Source: an uncultured Pelagibacteraceae bacterium (GTDB taxonomy: Bacteria > Pseudomonadota > Alphaproteobacteria > Pelagibacterales > Pelagibacteraceae). From it: a stretch of DNA of 64,000 bases. This document shows, one piece after another, positions 53,813 to 64,000 of the stretch. The translations under genes were made by a program, and so were the position numbers. The first letter of the stretch is position 1, and the number at the start of each line of letters is the position of its first letter. Location of the stretch: assembly GCA_902619665.1 (NCBI GenBank), contig CACNFB010000003.1, positions 13,527 to 77,526 on the forward strand, given 5' to 3'. The notes beneath the pieces were generated by a model that made no database searches, was not told the DNA's origin, and saw only the letters and a list, made by a program, of their open reading frames with translations.

Positions 53813-55270
53813 ATGAAAACTGTAATAGTTGGATCAGGATTTGGTGGATTATCAGCTGCTTTGAGACTTAAAGCTAAAGGACATGAAGTTACTTTAGTTG
53901 AAAAACACAAAGATTTAGGTGGTAGAGCAAGAGTTTTTGAAAAGAATGGTTTTAAATTTGATGCTGGGCCTACTGTAATTACAGCGCCTTATTTGATTAA
54001 TGAATTATTTCAATTGTTTGGGAAAAAGGCTGAAGATTATTTAAATATTAAGCCATTGCAAACTTGGTATCAATTTGTATTCGAGGATGGTTATAAATTT
54101 GATTATTCTGGGGATGAGAAAGAAATGAAGAGACAAATCTTAGAAGTTTCTAATGATGACGTGGATGGCTATTTTGATCTAGTAAATTTTACTAAAAGAA
54201 TTTTTGACAAAGGATATATGGAACTTTCTGATGTACCTTTTAATAAACCTTTTTTTATGCTCAAACAAATTCCATCTTTGCTAAAACTAAAAAGTTATAA
54301 ATCTGTTTACTCACTTGTTTCTTCATATGTCAAAAATGAGAAGCTAAGAAGAATATTTAGTATGCATCCGCTTTTAGTAGGAGGGAACCCTTTTACAACA
54401 ACATCTATATACGGATTAATATTATATCTTGAAAAAAAATGGGGAATTCACTACTCCATGGGTGGCACAGGTAATATTGTTAAAGGGTTAGAAACTTTAA
54501 TGATAGAAGAAAATATAAAAGTGATTAAAGGAGTAGAGGTTAAAAGAATTATTGAGGATAATAAAAATGTAAAGGGTGTTGAATTAAATAATGGTGAAAA
54601 AATATTAGCAGATAATGTTGTTTGTAACGCTGATCCACCAGGAGTGTATGAAAAATTATTAAATAAAAAAAAAAGTAATCTATTTTTCAATTGGAAAAGA
54701 AATAGAATGGATTATTCAATGGGTTTGTTTGTTTATTATTTTGGAACAAAAAAAGTTTATAAAGATGTAGAGCATCATACTATTAAATTTGGAAATAAGT
54801 ACAAAGAACACCTTGATGATATATTTAATAAGAAAAAACTAAACGATGATATAAGTTATTATTTACATAGACCAACTGCTACAGATAAATCAATGGCTCC
54901 TGAGGGATATGATTGTTTTTATGTTTTAGTGCCTGTTCCAAATAATCAATCAAATATTGATTGGTCCATAGAAGGAGAAAAAATTAAAAAACTTGTAATA
55001 AAAAAAATGCAGAATGATTTATTGCCAGATCTTGAAAAAAATATAGTAGAGGATTTTTATTTGTCTCCTGATTATTTTGAAAATGATTTAAATACAAAGT
55101 TTGGGTCAGGTTTTTCAATCCAGCCGAAATTTACTCAATCTGCATACTTTCGTTTTCACAACAAGTCAGAAATTTACAAAGGATTATATTTCGTTGGTGC
55201 GGGCACTCATCCTGGTGCAGGAGTGCCTGGTGTACTATCTTCTGCTAAAGTATTAGATAAAATATTGTAA
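53813..55270 (+). CDS. crtI: Phytoene desaturase
   Basis: GSGFGGL, LGGRA, FDAGPTVIT and GAGTHPGAGVPGV. Confidence 0.96.
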   Translation: MKTVIVGSGFGGLSAALRLKAKGHEVTLVEKHKDLGGRARVFEKNGFKFDAGPTVITAPYLINELFQLFGKKAEDYLNIKPLQTWYQFVFEDGYKFDYSGDEKEMKRQILEVSNDDVDGYFDLVNFTKRIFDKGYMELSDVPFNKPFFMLKQIPSLLKLKSYKSVYSLVSSYVKNEKLRRIFSMHPLLVGGNPFTTTSIYGLILYLEKKWGIHYSMGGTGNIVKGLETLMIEENIKVIKGVEVKRIIEDNKNVKGVELNNGEKILADNVVCNADPPGVYEKLLNKKKSNLFFNWKRNRMDYSMGLFVYYFGTKKVYKDVEHHTIKFGNKYKEHLDDIFNKKKLNDDISYYLHRPTATDKSMAPEGYDCFYVLVPVPNNQSNIDWSIEGEKIKKLVIKKMQNDLLPDLEKNIVEDFYLSPDYFENDLNTKFGSGFSIQPKFTQSAYFRFHNKSEIYKGLYFVGAGTHPGAGVPGVLSSAKVLDKIL

Positions 55271-56118
55271 TGTCAAATAACCTAATCTCAACTCACGCGA
55301 AATCATTTAGTTGGGCAGGTTTTTTTTTAGCGAAACAAACGTTCGAAAATGGATCAAGACTTTATGATTTTTGTAGAACCTTAGATGACATAGCAGATGA
55401 AAATACATCTTTAGACTCAAAAAAACAAAAATTTAATAAAATGAAAAAAGATTTCATTGAAAGAAACTTTGGGAATATTTTAGTTAAAAATATTGATAAT
55501 CTTATTAAGAAATTCAATATTTCAGAAAAAGTAGTTCTGGATCTTTTTGATGGTATTGAGTCTGATATTAAAGAAAATATTGAATTTAAAACAAAGCGTG
55601 AGCTACTTGTGTATTCATATAGAGTTGCTGGCACGGTAGGACTAATGATGGCAAAAATATTGAAAGTAGACTCAAAAATTGCTCTTAGATCCGCAGTAGA
55701 TCTTGGTATAGCAATGCAGTTAACTAATATAGCAAGAGACGTTGTAGAGGATAGTAGTCGAAATAGAAAATATATAGATCATGATTTTGTAAAAATTAAA
55801 GAGACATTAAGTATAGCTGAACTATTTTATAAAAGCTCTTTTAAATCGATAAAGGAAATTCCTCTGGTAAATAGATTTGCGATTTTAGTTGCACGTAGAG
55901 TTTATAGGGAAATTGGAAATAATATAATAAGAAAGAAGAATTTAGAAAATTATAATAATTCTGGAAAAATTTTTGTTAATAAAATTGGCAAATTAAAACA
56001 GACTATATTTAGTATATTTGATCTATTTGTATTAATATTCTCTAAATCAAATATTCATTTAACCGATGATGAGCATATGGAAATTGGTAAGGAAATTAAT
56101 TTGAATGAAAGATTTTGA
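55270..56118 (+). CDS. crtB: Phytoene synthase
   Basis: SFSWA, FCRTLDDIAD, YRVAGTVG and LGIAMQLTNIARDVVED. Confidence 0.92.
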   Translation: MSNNLISTHAKSFSWAGFFLAKQTFENGSRLYDFCRTLDDIADENTSLDSKKQKFNKMKKDFIERNFGNILVKNIDNLIKKFNISEKVVLDLFDGIESDIKENIEFKTKRELLVYSYRVAGTVGLMMAKILKVDSKIALRSAVDLGIAMQLTNIARDVVEDSSRNRKYIDHDFVKIKETLSIAELFYKSSFKSIKEIPLVNRFAILVARRVYREIGNNIIRKKNLENYNNSGKIFVNKIGKLKQTIFSIFDLFVLIFSKSNIHLTDDEHMEIGKEINLNERF

Positions 56119-57169
56119 TTACATTATTATTGGAGGCGGATGCGCTGGCTTATCTCTGGCTTATGAATTAGATACCAAAAAAAAGTTAAAGGATAAAACT
56201 CTTGCTATAATAGAAACAAGAGGTGACTATAAAAGAGATAAGACTTGGTCATTTTGGAAGGTTATGGATCACAATTTTCAGGATTGTGTTATCAAAAGCT
56301 GGGATAATTTTTCAGTGAATACAGAAACAGGCCATCACGAAGTTAAAAATAAAGATTACCCTTATCAAACTATTGATAGCGGCCTTTTTTACGAAAAAAT
56401 ACTTAAGCAAATAAGTTTAAATAAAAATATAAAATTTTACAAAAATACTAATAATCTAAATCTTCAAAACTCTATAATATTCAATAGCGTTCCACCTAAA
56501 AGTAATAGTGAGTTAAACCTTTGGCAACACTTTAAGGGTGTGGAAATAAAAACAGAAAAAAATATTTTTGATGACGAAATTTTTAATTTAATGGATTTTA
56601 ATTGTGATCAAAGGGAAAATGTTCATTTTTTTTATACTCTTCCTTTTGCAAAAAATAAGGCATTAATTGAAACAACCTGGCTGTCTAAACTAAACAACAA
56701 TATGTTAAATGATTATGACACTCAGCTTCAAGATTATATCAAAAATATTTTAAAAATTAAAAATTATGAAATTAGATACAAAGAACAAGGAGCAATACCG
56801 TTATTTTTTCCAAAATCTGAAAAAAAAAATAATACAATTAATATAGGATCTGCTGGTGGTATGACAAGGTTGAGCACAGGATATACTTTTTTAAATATTC
56901 AAGATCATTCTAGATATATTGTTAATCAAATAGAAAATATTAAAAATGCAAAAATTTATAATATTGGAAGGAAATATCAATTTTTAGATAACATTTTTTT
57001 AAAAGTTTTAAATAGACACCCGGAAAAAATGCCAAATATATTCTTTAATATGTTTCAAGCGCCTTCACGATCAGTAATTAAATTTTTGTCGAACAAAAGT
57101 AATATTTTAGATGACTTAATAGTAATTCTTAAAATGCCAAAGTGGTTATTTATAAAAAATATTTTTTAA
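56105..57169 (+). CDS. crtY: Lycopene beta-cyclase
   Basis: GGGCAGLSLA, TWSFW, LMDF, FFYTLPF, LIETT, EQGAIP and STGY. Confidence 0.88.
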   Translation: MKDFDYIIIGGGCAGLSLAYELDTKKKLKDKTLAIIETRGDYKRDKTWSFWKVMDHNFQDCVIKSWDNFSVNTETGHHEVKNKDYPYQTIDSGLFYEKILKQISLNKNIKFYKNTNNLNLQNSIIFNSVPPKSNSELNLWQHFKGVEIKTEKNIFDDEIFNLMDFNCDQRENVHFFYTLPFAKNKALIETTWLSKLNNNMLNDYDTQLQDYIKNILKIKNYEIRYKEQGAIPLFFPKSEKKNNTINIGSAGGMTRLSTGYTFLNIQDHSRYIVNQIENIKNAKIYNIGRKYQFLDNIFLKVLNRHPEKMPNIFFNMFQAPSRSVIKFLSNKSNILDDLIVILKMPKWLFIKNIF

Positions 57170-57173
57170 TATA

Positions 57174-58073
57174 ATGAACAAGATTAATTATTACCATTCT
57201 TTAATTTTCTTTAATTTTTGTATTTTTTTATCAGCATTTGAATATTTAAGAAATAATGAACCCTTAATTATTTGCTTATTTTTAATATTGAGTTTGGGTA
57301 TATCACATGGTGCGCTTGATAATCTTAAAGGCATAAAACTTCTAAAAATTTATAACTATAGGTCCACCTCATTATTTTATGTTTCATATATATTTGTCGG
57401 ATTATCTGTAATTATATTTTGGCTTATATTCCCAAAATTAATATTGATGATATTTTTGATAGTTGCAAGCTATCATTTTGGTAAAGAGGATTCAGAATTC
57501 ATTAAAAGCTCATCTAATTTTGAATTTATATATTTCTTAAAGGGTTGTGTTATTATTGCAGCACCATTAATTTTTCATAAATCCGAGACGTTAGCTATCT
57601 TTGAATATTTAAATTTTGAAATTTCTCAAAGCTTTTTGGTAAATAATTACTTTCTTTGGTTAATTTTGATATTAGGCTTTATTGCAAATATATTAATCTC
57701 ATTGAGTCAAAATTTTGAGATAAAGTCTCTACTGCTTATGGACTATATCTCAATCTTAATTTTGAATTACTTTTTAAATCCTTTGTTGGCTTTTACAATT
57801 TATTTTTGTTTTTTGCATTCAGCTAGACATTCATTTAAACTATCTAACGAACTAAACAATAAATCACTAATAAAGGGTTTCAAGAAATTCACTTTAAAGG
57901 CAATACCTTTGACAATTTTAACAGCTATTTTATTTGTAATATCTTTAATTATTTTAAAAAATTATTATGTACTAGATAATGCTGTATCGAAAATTATATT
58001 TATTGGTTTGGCGTCTTTAACCTTTCCGCATATATTACTTGAATATCTTTTAGAAAAAAATGAGAAAAAATGA
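57174..58073 (+). CDS. blh: Beta-carotene 15,15'-dioxygenase (Blh/Brp)
   Basis: GISHGALD, YHFG, LHSARH and LTFPH histidine ligands; polytopic. Confidence 0.93.
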   Translation: MNKINYYHSLIFFNFCIFLSAFEYLRNNEPLIICLFLILSLGISHGALDNLKGIKLLKIYNYRSTSLFYVSYIFVGLSVIIFWLIFPKLILMIFLIVASYHFGKEDSEFIKSSSNFEFIYFLKGCVIIAAPLIFHKSETLAIFEYLNFEISQSFLVNNYFLWLILILGFIANILISLSQNFEIKSLLLMDYISILILNYFLNPLLAFTIYFCFLHSARHSFKLSNELNNKSLIKGFKKFTLKAIPLTILTAILFVISLIILKNYYVLDNAVSKIIFIGLASLTFPHILLEYLLEKNEKK

Positions 58074-59004
58074 ATTAAAAATTTATTTGGCATCTCCAAG
58101 AGGCTTCTGTGCAGGCGTAGATAGGGCAATTGAAATAGTAAAAAAAAGTATTGATAAATTTGGTTCACCTGTATACGTGAGGCATGAGATTGTTCATAAT
58201 AAACATGTTGTTGAAAGTTTAAAAAAAATTGGTGCAATTTTTGTTGAGGAGATTAGCGAGATTAAAGATAAATCTAGGCCTGTGATATTTTCTGCACACG
58301 GTGTTCCTAAAAAAGTTCCGAAAGAAGCAGAGGAATTAAATATGAAATATGTTGATGCAACTTGTCCTTTGGTGTCAAAGGTTCATAGAGAAGCAGAAAA
58401 TATGTACAAAAGTGGATATCATATAATATTAATTGGCCATAAGGGACACCCAGAAGTAATTGGAACGATGGGTCAAATTCCAGAAAATGGTATTACGCTT
58501 GTTGAAACAATAGAAGATGTAAAAAAAATTATCTTTAAAAAAGATGAAAAGTTATCATTTATTACGCAAACTACCTTATCTGTGGATGACACAAAAGAAA
58601 TAATAGAATGTTTAAAGAAAAGGTTCCCAAAAATTAATGAGCCAAAAAAAGAGGATATTTGTTATGCTACTACAAATAGACAGGCTGCAGTAAAAAAAAT
58701 TGCTAAACTTTGTGATATGTTTTTTGTAATTGGTAGTAGAAATTCATCTAATTCAAAAAGGTTAGTTGAAGTTGCTAGTAAAGCGGGATGCAATGAGTCT
58801 GAATTAATTCATTCAGAAAGTGAAATACCATTAGAAAAAATCGGCAAATGTAAAACTATTGGTATTTCCTCAGGAGCATCAGCACCTGAAATAATTGTGC
58901 AAGATTTTATAGGTAAAATAAAAGAAAAATACGAGGTTCAAATTGAAGAAGTTGAGATTGTTAAGGAAAATGTATTTTTTAAGATCCCCGGTATGCTAAA
59001 TTAA
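58060..59004 (+). CDS. ispH: 4-hydroxy-3-methylbut-2-enyl diphosphate reductase
   Basis: PRGFCAGV, HEIVHN, DATCPLV, ICYATTNRQ and SSNS. Confidence 0.98.
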   Translation: MRKNELKIYLASPRGFCAGVDRAIEIVKKSIDKFGSPVYVRHEIVHNKHVVESLKKIGAIFVEEISEIKDKSRPVIFSAHGVPKKVPKEAEELNMKYVDATCPLVSKVHREAENMYKSGYHIILIGHKGHPEVIGTMGQIPENGITLVETIEDVKKIIFKKDEKLSFITQTTLSVDDTKEIIECLKKRFPKINEPKKEDICYATTNRQAAVKKIAKLCDMFFVIGSRNSSNSKRLVEVASKAGCNESELIHSESEIPLEKIGKCKTIGISSGASAPEIIVQDFIGKIKEKYEVQIEEVEIVKENVFFKIPGMLN

Positions 59005-59975
59005 TGGCTGTTTTTACCAAAATAAGTAAAAGAGATATATATAACATCCAAAAATTTTTTAAAATCGGAAAAATTGTTAGTTACCATGGAATAAAAGAAG
59101 GAATAGAAAATACAAATTATCTTATTTCCACTAAAAAACAAAAGTTTATTTTAACGATATTTGAAAAAAGAGTTAAAAAAACAGATCTCCCATTTTTTAT
59201 GAAACTAATGGACAAATTATCAAATTTAAAAATTAAATGTCCTAGTCCACTTAAAAATAAAAAAGGAAATTATTTATTTAACTTAAGGTCTAAAAAGGCC
59301 TGCTTAGTCAGTTTTTTAAAAGGTAAAGATAAGAAAAAATTAAAAAAAAAGGATTTATACGTGATAGGTAAAAATATCGGTATGATGCACAAAGCCTCAA
59401 GAAAAATTAAATTATACAGGAAAAATTCTTTTTCCCCCCTTAAAATAAAAAAATTATTAGATGATATAAATAAAAATAAGATTAATAAACTTTCAAGAAA
59501 TTTAGCTTCAGAGATGCAAAATACATTTATGGAAATTAAGCAAGAGTGGCCAAAAACATTGCCCAAAAACATAATACATGGTGATCTATTTATAGATAAT
59601 ATATTTTTTCATAAAGGAAAATTTTTAGGATTTATTGATTTTTATTTTTCATCTAATGATTTTGAGGCCTACGAGTTAGCTACATGCATAAACGCCTTAT
59701 GTTTCAATAAGAGAAAAAAAAAATTTTCCTATGACAAAGGCAAAACTTTACAATTGATTAAGGGTTACGAAACTATAAGAAAATTGCAAAAAAAAGAGAA
59801 AGATTGTTTGAATATACTTTGTAAAGGATCTGCACTTAGATATCTCGCTACTAGATCTTATGATTATATAAATACTCCAAAATCAGCAATTATAAAAAAA
59901 AAGGATCCAAGAGAATATATTCAAAAATTAGCTTTTCATAAAAAAATGAATTCTTTTAGCTCTTATATTAAATAA
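59004..59975 (+). CDS. thrB: Homoserine kinase type II
   Basis: MAVFT, GIENTNY, LTIFE, IHGDLFIDN and IDFYF. Confidence 0.92.
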   Translation: MAVFTKISKRDIYNIQKFFKIGKIVSYHGIKEGIENTNYLISTKKQKFILTIFEKRVKKTDLPFFMKLMDKLSNLKIKCPSPLKNKKGNYLFNLRSKKACLVSFLKGKDKKKLKKKDLYVIGKNIGMMHKASRKIKLYRKNSFSPLKIKKLLDDINKNKINKLSRNLASEMQNTFMEIKQEWPKTLPKNIIHGDLFIDNIFFHKGKFLGFIDFYFSSNDFEAYELATCINALCFNKRKKKFSYDKGKTLQLIKGYETIRKLQKKEKDCLNILCKGSALRYLATRSYDYINTPKSAIIKKKDPREYIQKLAFHKKMNSFSSYIK

Positions 59976-60397
59976 TGATTAAAATTTATACAGATGGTTC
60001 ATGTATTGGAAATCCTGGGAAGGGTGGCTGGGCTGCGATAATTTTTAAGAATAATGAAAAAAAAATTTTAAAAGGCTCAAAAGATTTAACAACAAACAAT
60101 CAAATGGAACTCACAGCTACTATAAAAGCATTAGAATATATTAGTACAAAAGATAAAATTCAAATTTATACAGATTCTAAATATGTAAAGCAGGGAATAA
60201 CTGAATGGATAACAAAATGGAAGATTAATGGATGGAAAACATCAAAAAAAGAAGATGTTAAAAATAAAGATTTGTGGCTTGAATTAGACAATTTAACTTC
60301 TAAGAATTCTATAGAGTGGGTTTGGGTTAAAGCTCACACAGATAATGATTTGAATAATGAAGTTGATTTATTAGCTAGAAAAGAAGCTGGCCTATAA
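59975..60397 (+). CDS. rnhA: Ribonuclease HI
   Basis: YTDGSC.GNPG.GGW, TTNNQMEL, TDS and WVKAH. Confidence 0.96.
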   Translation: MIKIYTDGSCIGNPGKGGWAAIIFKNNEKKILKGSKDLTTNNQMELTATIKALEYISTKDKIQIYTDSKYVKQGITEWITKWKINGWKTSKKEDVKNKDLWLELDNLTSKNSIEWVWVKAHTDNDLNNEVDLLARKEAGL

Positions 60398-60877
60398 TAA
60401 TTTTAAAAAATTCTCAGCACTTGAGATATCACAAACTCCGGTCTCTTTTTCCTCTTGAATTTTTAAAACATTCAAATTGTCAATTAGCATGGTGTATCTA
60501 TTTGACCTTAAGCCAAGTCCCCTCCCCGACTTGTCAACTTCTGCACCTATTGACTTTGTAAAATTTAGAAAAGGATCAGCTAACATCATAATATTGTTTT
60601 CAACCCTATTTATTTTGCCCCATGCATTCATTACAAATGGATCATTTGCTGCAATACAAAAAATCTGGTCAACTCCTTTTTCATAAAATTTTTTTGAAAA
60701 GTTAATGAAACTTGGTAAATGTTTCGCAGAGCAAACTGAAGTAAACGCTCCCGGCATTCCTAATAAAATAATCTTTTTTTTTGAAAACAAACTGTAAATC
60801 TTAATCTTTACTGGTTCTTCATTAATGAGCTGAAAAACTTCACTATCTGGAAGTTTTTCGTTAATTTTTATTTTCAT
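60392..60877 (-). CDS. Peroxiredoxin (Prx5-type)
   Basis: PGAFTSVCSAKHLP, NDPFVM and RSNRY. Confidence 0.92.
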   Translation of the reverse strand: MKIKINEKLPDSEVFQLINEEPVKIKIYSLFSKKKIILLGMPGAFTSVCSAKHLPSFINFSKKFYEKGVDQIFCIAANDPFVMNAWGKINRVENNIMMLADPFLNFTKSIGAEVDKSGRGLGLRSNRYTMLIDNLNVLKIQEEKETGVCDISSAENFLKLL

Positions 60878-62246
60878 CTATCTTTTTTAAAATATAATTT
60901 TTTACTTGATCTAAGCTATTTTCTATAATCTCAAATTTTTCTTCCTCTTTTAATACATTTCTTAATTCTGGAGGAAGTTCTTCATTTTTACCTAATGCAT
61001 TTTTAATAGCCTCTGGAAATTTACTAGGATGTGCAGTTGATAAGATTACACAGTTATTGTCTTGTTTAAGTTTTTTTGCAACTCCATAACCTATCGCAGT
61101 ATGTGGATCCAAAACTATACTATGATTTTTAAATACCTCTTTTATTTCATTAATTGTTTCATCCTCATTGAGTTTTTCGGATAAAAAATCTTTATTAATT
61201 TTATTTAGAGAAGTTTCATCTAATTTGTAATTATTCTCTTTTACCTTAGCCATTATATTTTTTGTTTTGTCTGAATTACATCCTTGTATCTCAAATATAA
61301 GTCTCTCAAAATTACTAGCAAGTTGTATATCCATGCTAGGTGAAAAAGTTTCAGAAACTTTTTTTGATGTGTAATCGCCTTTAGAAATAGCTCTGTGCAA
61401 TATATCGTTCTGATTAGTTGCAACAATTAATTTATCTATCGGTAGACCCATTTTTTTTGCAAGATATCCTGCATAAATGTCTCCAAAATTTCCTGTGGGA
61501 ACAGAAAAATTTAACTTTTTGGATTTTAATGAAAAGAAACAAAAAAAATAATAAACCGTCTGCGCTACTATCCTAGCCCAATTTATTGAATTAACACCAG
61601 ACATATTAATCTTTTTTGAGAAATTTTGGTCAACAAACATTGCTTTAACAAGGTTTTGACAATCATCAAAATTACCTTTTATGGCTATATTAAAAACATT
61701 TTTTTCTTTAACAGTGCACATTATTCTTCTTTGAACTGAAGAAATTCTATTATGTGGATGAAGAACAAAAATATTAAGATTTTTTTTTCTTTTTATTGCA
61801 TCTATTGCAGCTGCTCCGGTATCGCCAGATGTTGCAACTATTATATTTATAAAGTTTTCATTTTTTAACAGATAATATTCATAAAAATTACCAATTAATT
61901 GCATAGCGATATCTTTAAAAGCCAATGTTGGGCCATGAAATAATTCTAATATATTGAAATTTCCAACTTTTCTTAATTTAACAACTTCTTCTGATCTAAA
62001 AGATGAGTAAGATTTTTTAACCAATTCGTATAAATTATCTTTTTCAATGAAATCTCCAGTAAATTTGTGAACGATTTCAGTAGCAAGCTCATAATAACTC
62101 ATGCTTTGTAATTTTGATAAATCTTTTTCTTCAAATTTGAAATCTTTCTCTGGTAAAAAAAGTCCACCATCATCAGCAAGGCCTTTAATAAAGACACTTT
62201 CAAAAGGTAAACTTTCTGAACTATTTCTTGTGCTTATATATTTCAT
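60861..62246 (-). CDS. thrC: Threonine synthase
   Basis: YISTR, ELFHGPTLAFKD, ATSGDTG, NSINWAR, VPTGNFG and TAHPSKF. Confidence 0.97.
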   Translation of the reverse strand: MKYISTRNSSESLPFESVFIKGLADDGGLFLPEKDFKFEEKDLSKLQSMSYYELATEIVHKFTGDFIEKDNLYELVKKSYSSFRSEEVVKLRKVGNFNILELFHGPTLAFKDIAMQLIGNFYEYYLLKNENFINIIVATSGDTGAAAIDAIKRKKNLNIFVLHPHNRISSVQRRIMCTVKEKNVFNIAIKGNFDDCQNLVKAMFVDQNFSKKINMSGVNSINWARIVAQTVYYFFCFFSLKSKKLNFSVPTGNFGDIYAGYLAKKMGLPIDKLIVATNQNDILHRAISKGDYTSKKVSETFSPSMDIQLASNFERLIFEIQGCNSDKTKNIMAKVKENNYKLDETSLNKINKDFLSEKLNEDETINEIKEVFKNHSIVLDPHTAIGYGVAKKLKQDNNCVILSTAHPSKFPEAIKNALGKNEELPPELRNVLKEEEKFEIIENSLDQVKNYILKKIDENKN

Positions 62247-62902
62247 CAATAATTTTTTTTCCTAAAATACAAATATATTAAAAAAATTGAAATCGCTAAT
62301 GAAAACCATGTCAGTGCATATTTTAGGTGATTATTGGAAATATTTGCTGTTATATTTTTTTGAAGAGGGTAATTTTTATCATTAACTCTATTGTTCAAGT
62401 AAATTATATAATTAGGAAATAATTTTCCTGTAAATTTATTTAAATCTTCATCATTTAGTGTAAACCAATAATTATTCTCTAAATCGTTTTCGGGCTTAAA
62501 ATAATTGAATTTGGATTTTTCTTTTAATATTGCTGTAAAATTTTTATCGTTTAATTGAAATTTATTACCTTTTTGATTTCTAGGTATCCATCCACGATTA
62601 ACTAAAAAAAATTTATTGTTTATTAAAATCGGATTAATTAAATCAAAACCTGGGGCTCCTTTTTCATTTAAACTGTAAAGATAAATCTGATTATTATAGT
62701 CAATTTTACCTACAAATTTTATACTTCTAAAATTTGTTAAATTTGTGCCATTAAATTCAGATGGTTCACTATCTAATGACTGATTAATTTGTTTTATTAA
62801 TGTTAACTTCCAATCAAGTCTTATCATTTGCCAAACGCCCAATGATAAAAACACTATTATAAAAAAATATACAAATAATGAAAATGCTAATTTATTTTTC
62901 AA
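62246..62902 (-). CDS. SURF1 family cytochrome oxidase assembly protein
   Basis: LGVWQMIRLDWK, VNRGWIP and NNHLKYALTWF. Confidence 0.92.
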   Translation of the reverse strand: MKNKLAFSLFVYFFIIVFLSLGVWQMIRLDWKLTLIKQINQSLDSEPSEFNGTNLTNFRSIKFVGKIDYNNQIYLYSLNEKGAPGFDLINPILINNKFFLVNRGWIPRNQKGNKFQLNDKNFTAILKEKSKFNYFKPENDLENNYWFTLNDEDLNKFTGKLFPNYIIYLNNRVNDKNYPLQKNITANISNNHLKYALTWFSLAISIFLIYLYFRKKNY

Positions 62903-62908
62903 TATTGA

Positions 62909-63700
62909 TTAACTGCCCCAAATATATATTGCTGCAAATAAAAACAGCCAAACTACATCAACAAAATGCCAATACCATGCCGCTGCTTCAAAACCGAAAT
63001 GATGATCTTTGTTAAAATGACCAAGTTTACCTCTCCATAGACATACTGCTAAAAATATAGTTCCAACTAAAACATGAAAACCATGGAAACCAGTTGCCAT
63101 ATAAAATGTTGCACCATATATATGACCAGAAAAATTGAAGCTTGCATGCTGATATTCATAAATTTGCAATGCAGTGAAACATGCGCCTAATATAACTGTG
63201 AGCCACAAACCTTGAATAAAACTTTTTCTATCATCTTCAAGTAAAGCGTGGTGGGACCATGTTACCGTTGTGCCTGACAACAACAAAACTAAAGTATTAA
63301 TTAAAGGAATGTCCCAAGGATCAAACGTTTCAATATCTTTTGGAGGCCAAACATTGCCTACAAATTCACCTGGAAAAAGACTTGCATCGAAATAAGCCCA
63401 AAACCACGCTACAAAAAACATCACTTCAGACGCAATGAATAATGTCATTCCATACCTATGATGAATTTGAACCACTGGAGTATGATGTCCTTGATGTTCT
63501 GCTTCGTTAACAACATCTCTGAACCACATGAAGGCACCATAAATTAATAGAGCAAAACCAAAAAGCATAGCCCACATAACTTTTGAGTGAAAATAATAGA
63601 CTGTACCAATAGCAGTTATTAACGTAGCGAATGAAGTATAAATTGGCCAAGGACTTGGGTCTACTAAATGATAATCGTGTTTTTGATCTTTTGCAGACAT
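62909..63700 (-). CDS. ctaE: Cytochrome c oxidase subunit III
   Basis: HLVDPSPWP, FIASEVMFF, TGFHGFHV and WYWHFVDVVW. Confidence 0.98.
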   Translation of the reverse strand: MSAKDQKHDYHLVDPSPWPIYTSFATLITAIGTVYYFHSKVMWAMLFGFALLIYGAFMWFRDVVNEAEHQGHHTPVVQIHHRYGMTLFIASEVMFFVAWFWAYFDASLFPGEFVGNVWPPKDIETFDPWDIPLINTLVLLLSGTTVTWSHHALLEDDRKSFIQGLWLTVILGACFTALQIYEYQHASFNFSGHIYGATFYMATGFHGFHVLVGTIFLAVCLWRGKLGHFNKDHHFGFEAAAWYWHFVDVVWLFLFAAIYIWGS

Positions 63701-64000
63701 TTATTTTATTACCTTAGTTTGTTTATAATAATCAGATGAGAAGAAAGTATATGACAAAGTAACATCACTCACATTTTTTGTTTTTGGATCATTTACTACT
63801 TCTGGATCAAGATAAAAAGTCATGAAATAGCTTTTTTTCTCACCAGGATTTAAAGTTTGTTTTTCAAAACAAAAGCATCCTAATTTGTTAAAGTAAGGAC
63901 CGAATGAAGATGGAGAAACGTTATAACTTGCAACACCACTAGTAGGATCTTTACTAAAGTTCTCAACTAAGAAGTTTACTTTGTAAACTTTGCCTGGTTT
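63701..64000 (-). CDS. ctaG: Cytochrome c oxidase assembly protein CtaG/Cox11 (C-terminal part; 5' end outside the window)
   Basis: Hand translation ...ASYNVSP...YFNKLGCFCFEKQTLNPGE...FYLDP...VTLSYTFF. Confidence 0.93.
   Translation of the reverse strand, partial: KPGKVYKVNFLVENFSKDPTSGVASYNVSPSSFGPYFNKLGCFCFEKQTLNPGEKKSYFMTFYLDPEVVNDPKTKNVSDVTLSYTFFSSDYYKQTKVIK

Overview
A very AT-rich, tightly packed alphaproteobacterial chromosome segment. Gene content and order point to Pelagibacterales (SAR11); this assignment is inferred from the streamlining, the orphan 5S rRNA next to a surface-glycan island, the crtI-crtB-crtY-blh cluster between the F0 ATP synthase genes and ispH, and ccrM. Most of the window is core genome: pntA, rpoD-dnaG, carAB, trxB, uvrB/uvrC, a MarR-OmpR-EnvZ module, lgt-prs-rplY-pth-ychF, petABC, hemF, greA, cca, tRNA-Gln, ispE, udg-rnhB-ccrM, mutY/dciA-dsbA-smc, atp F0, the retinal pathway, ispH-thrB-rnhA, thrC and cta genes. 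The only accessory-looking block is a ~5.6 kb glycan island (GT2, WecA/MraY-like, large membrane protein, gmd, fcl) between rpoD and a stand-alone 5S rRNA. Small features absent from the ORF track were read by hand: pntAB, cytochrome oxidase subunit IV, Zn-free L36, 5S rRNA, tRNA-Gln and ctaG. The strongest leads are an Smc with no recognisable hinge domain, the minimal glycan island with a putative GT-C enzyme, two GANTC sites inside the ccrM core promoter, and repeated loss of metal or substrate-recognition residues (UDG Fe-S cysteines, DnaG Zn ligands, MutY FSH loop). No CRISPR array, prophage or IS element was seen.
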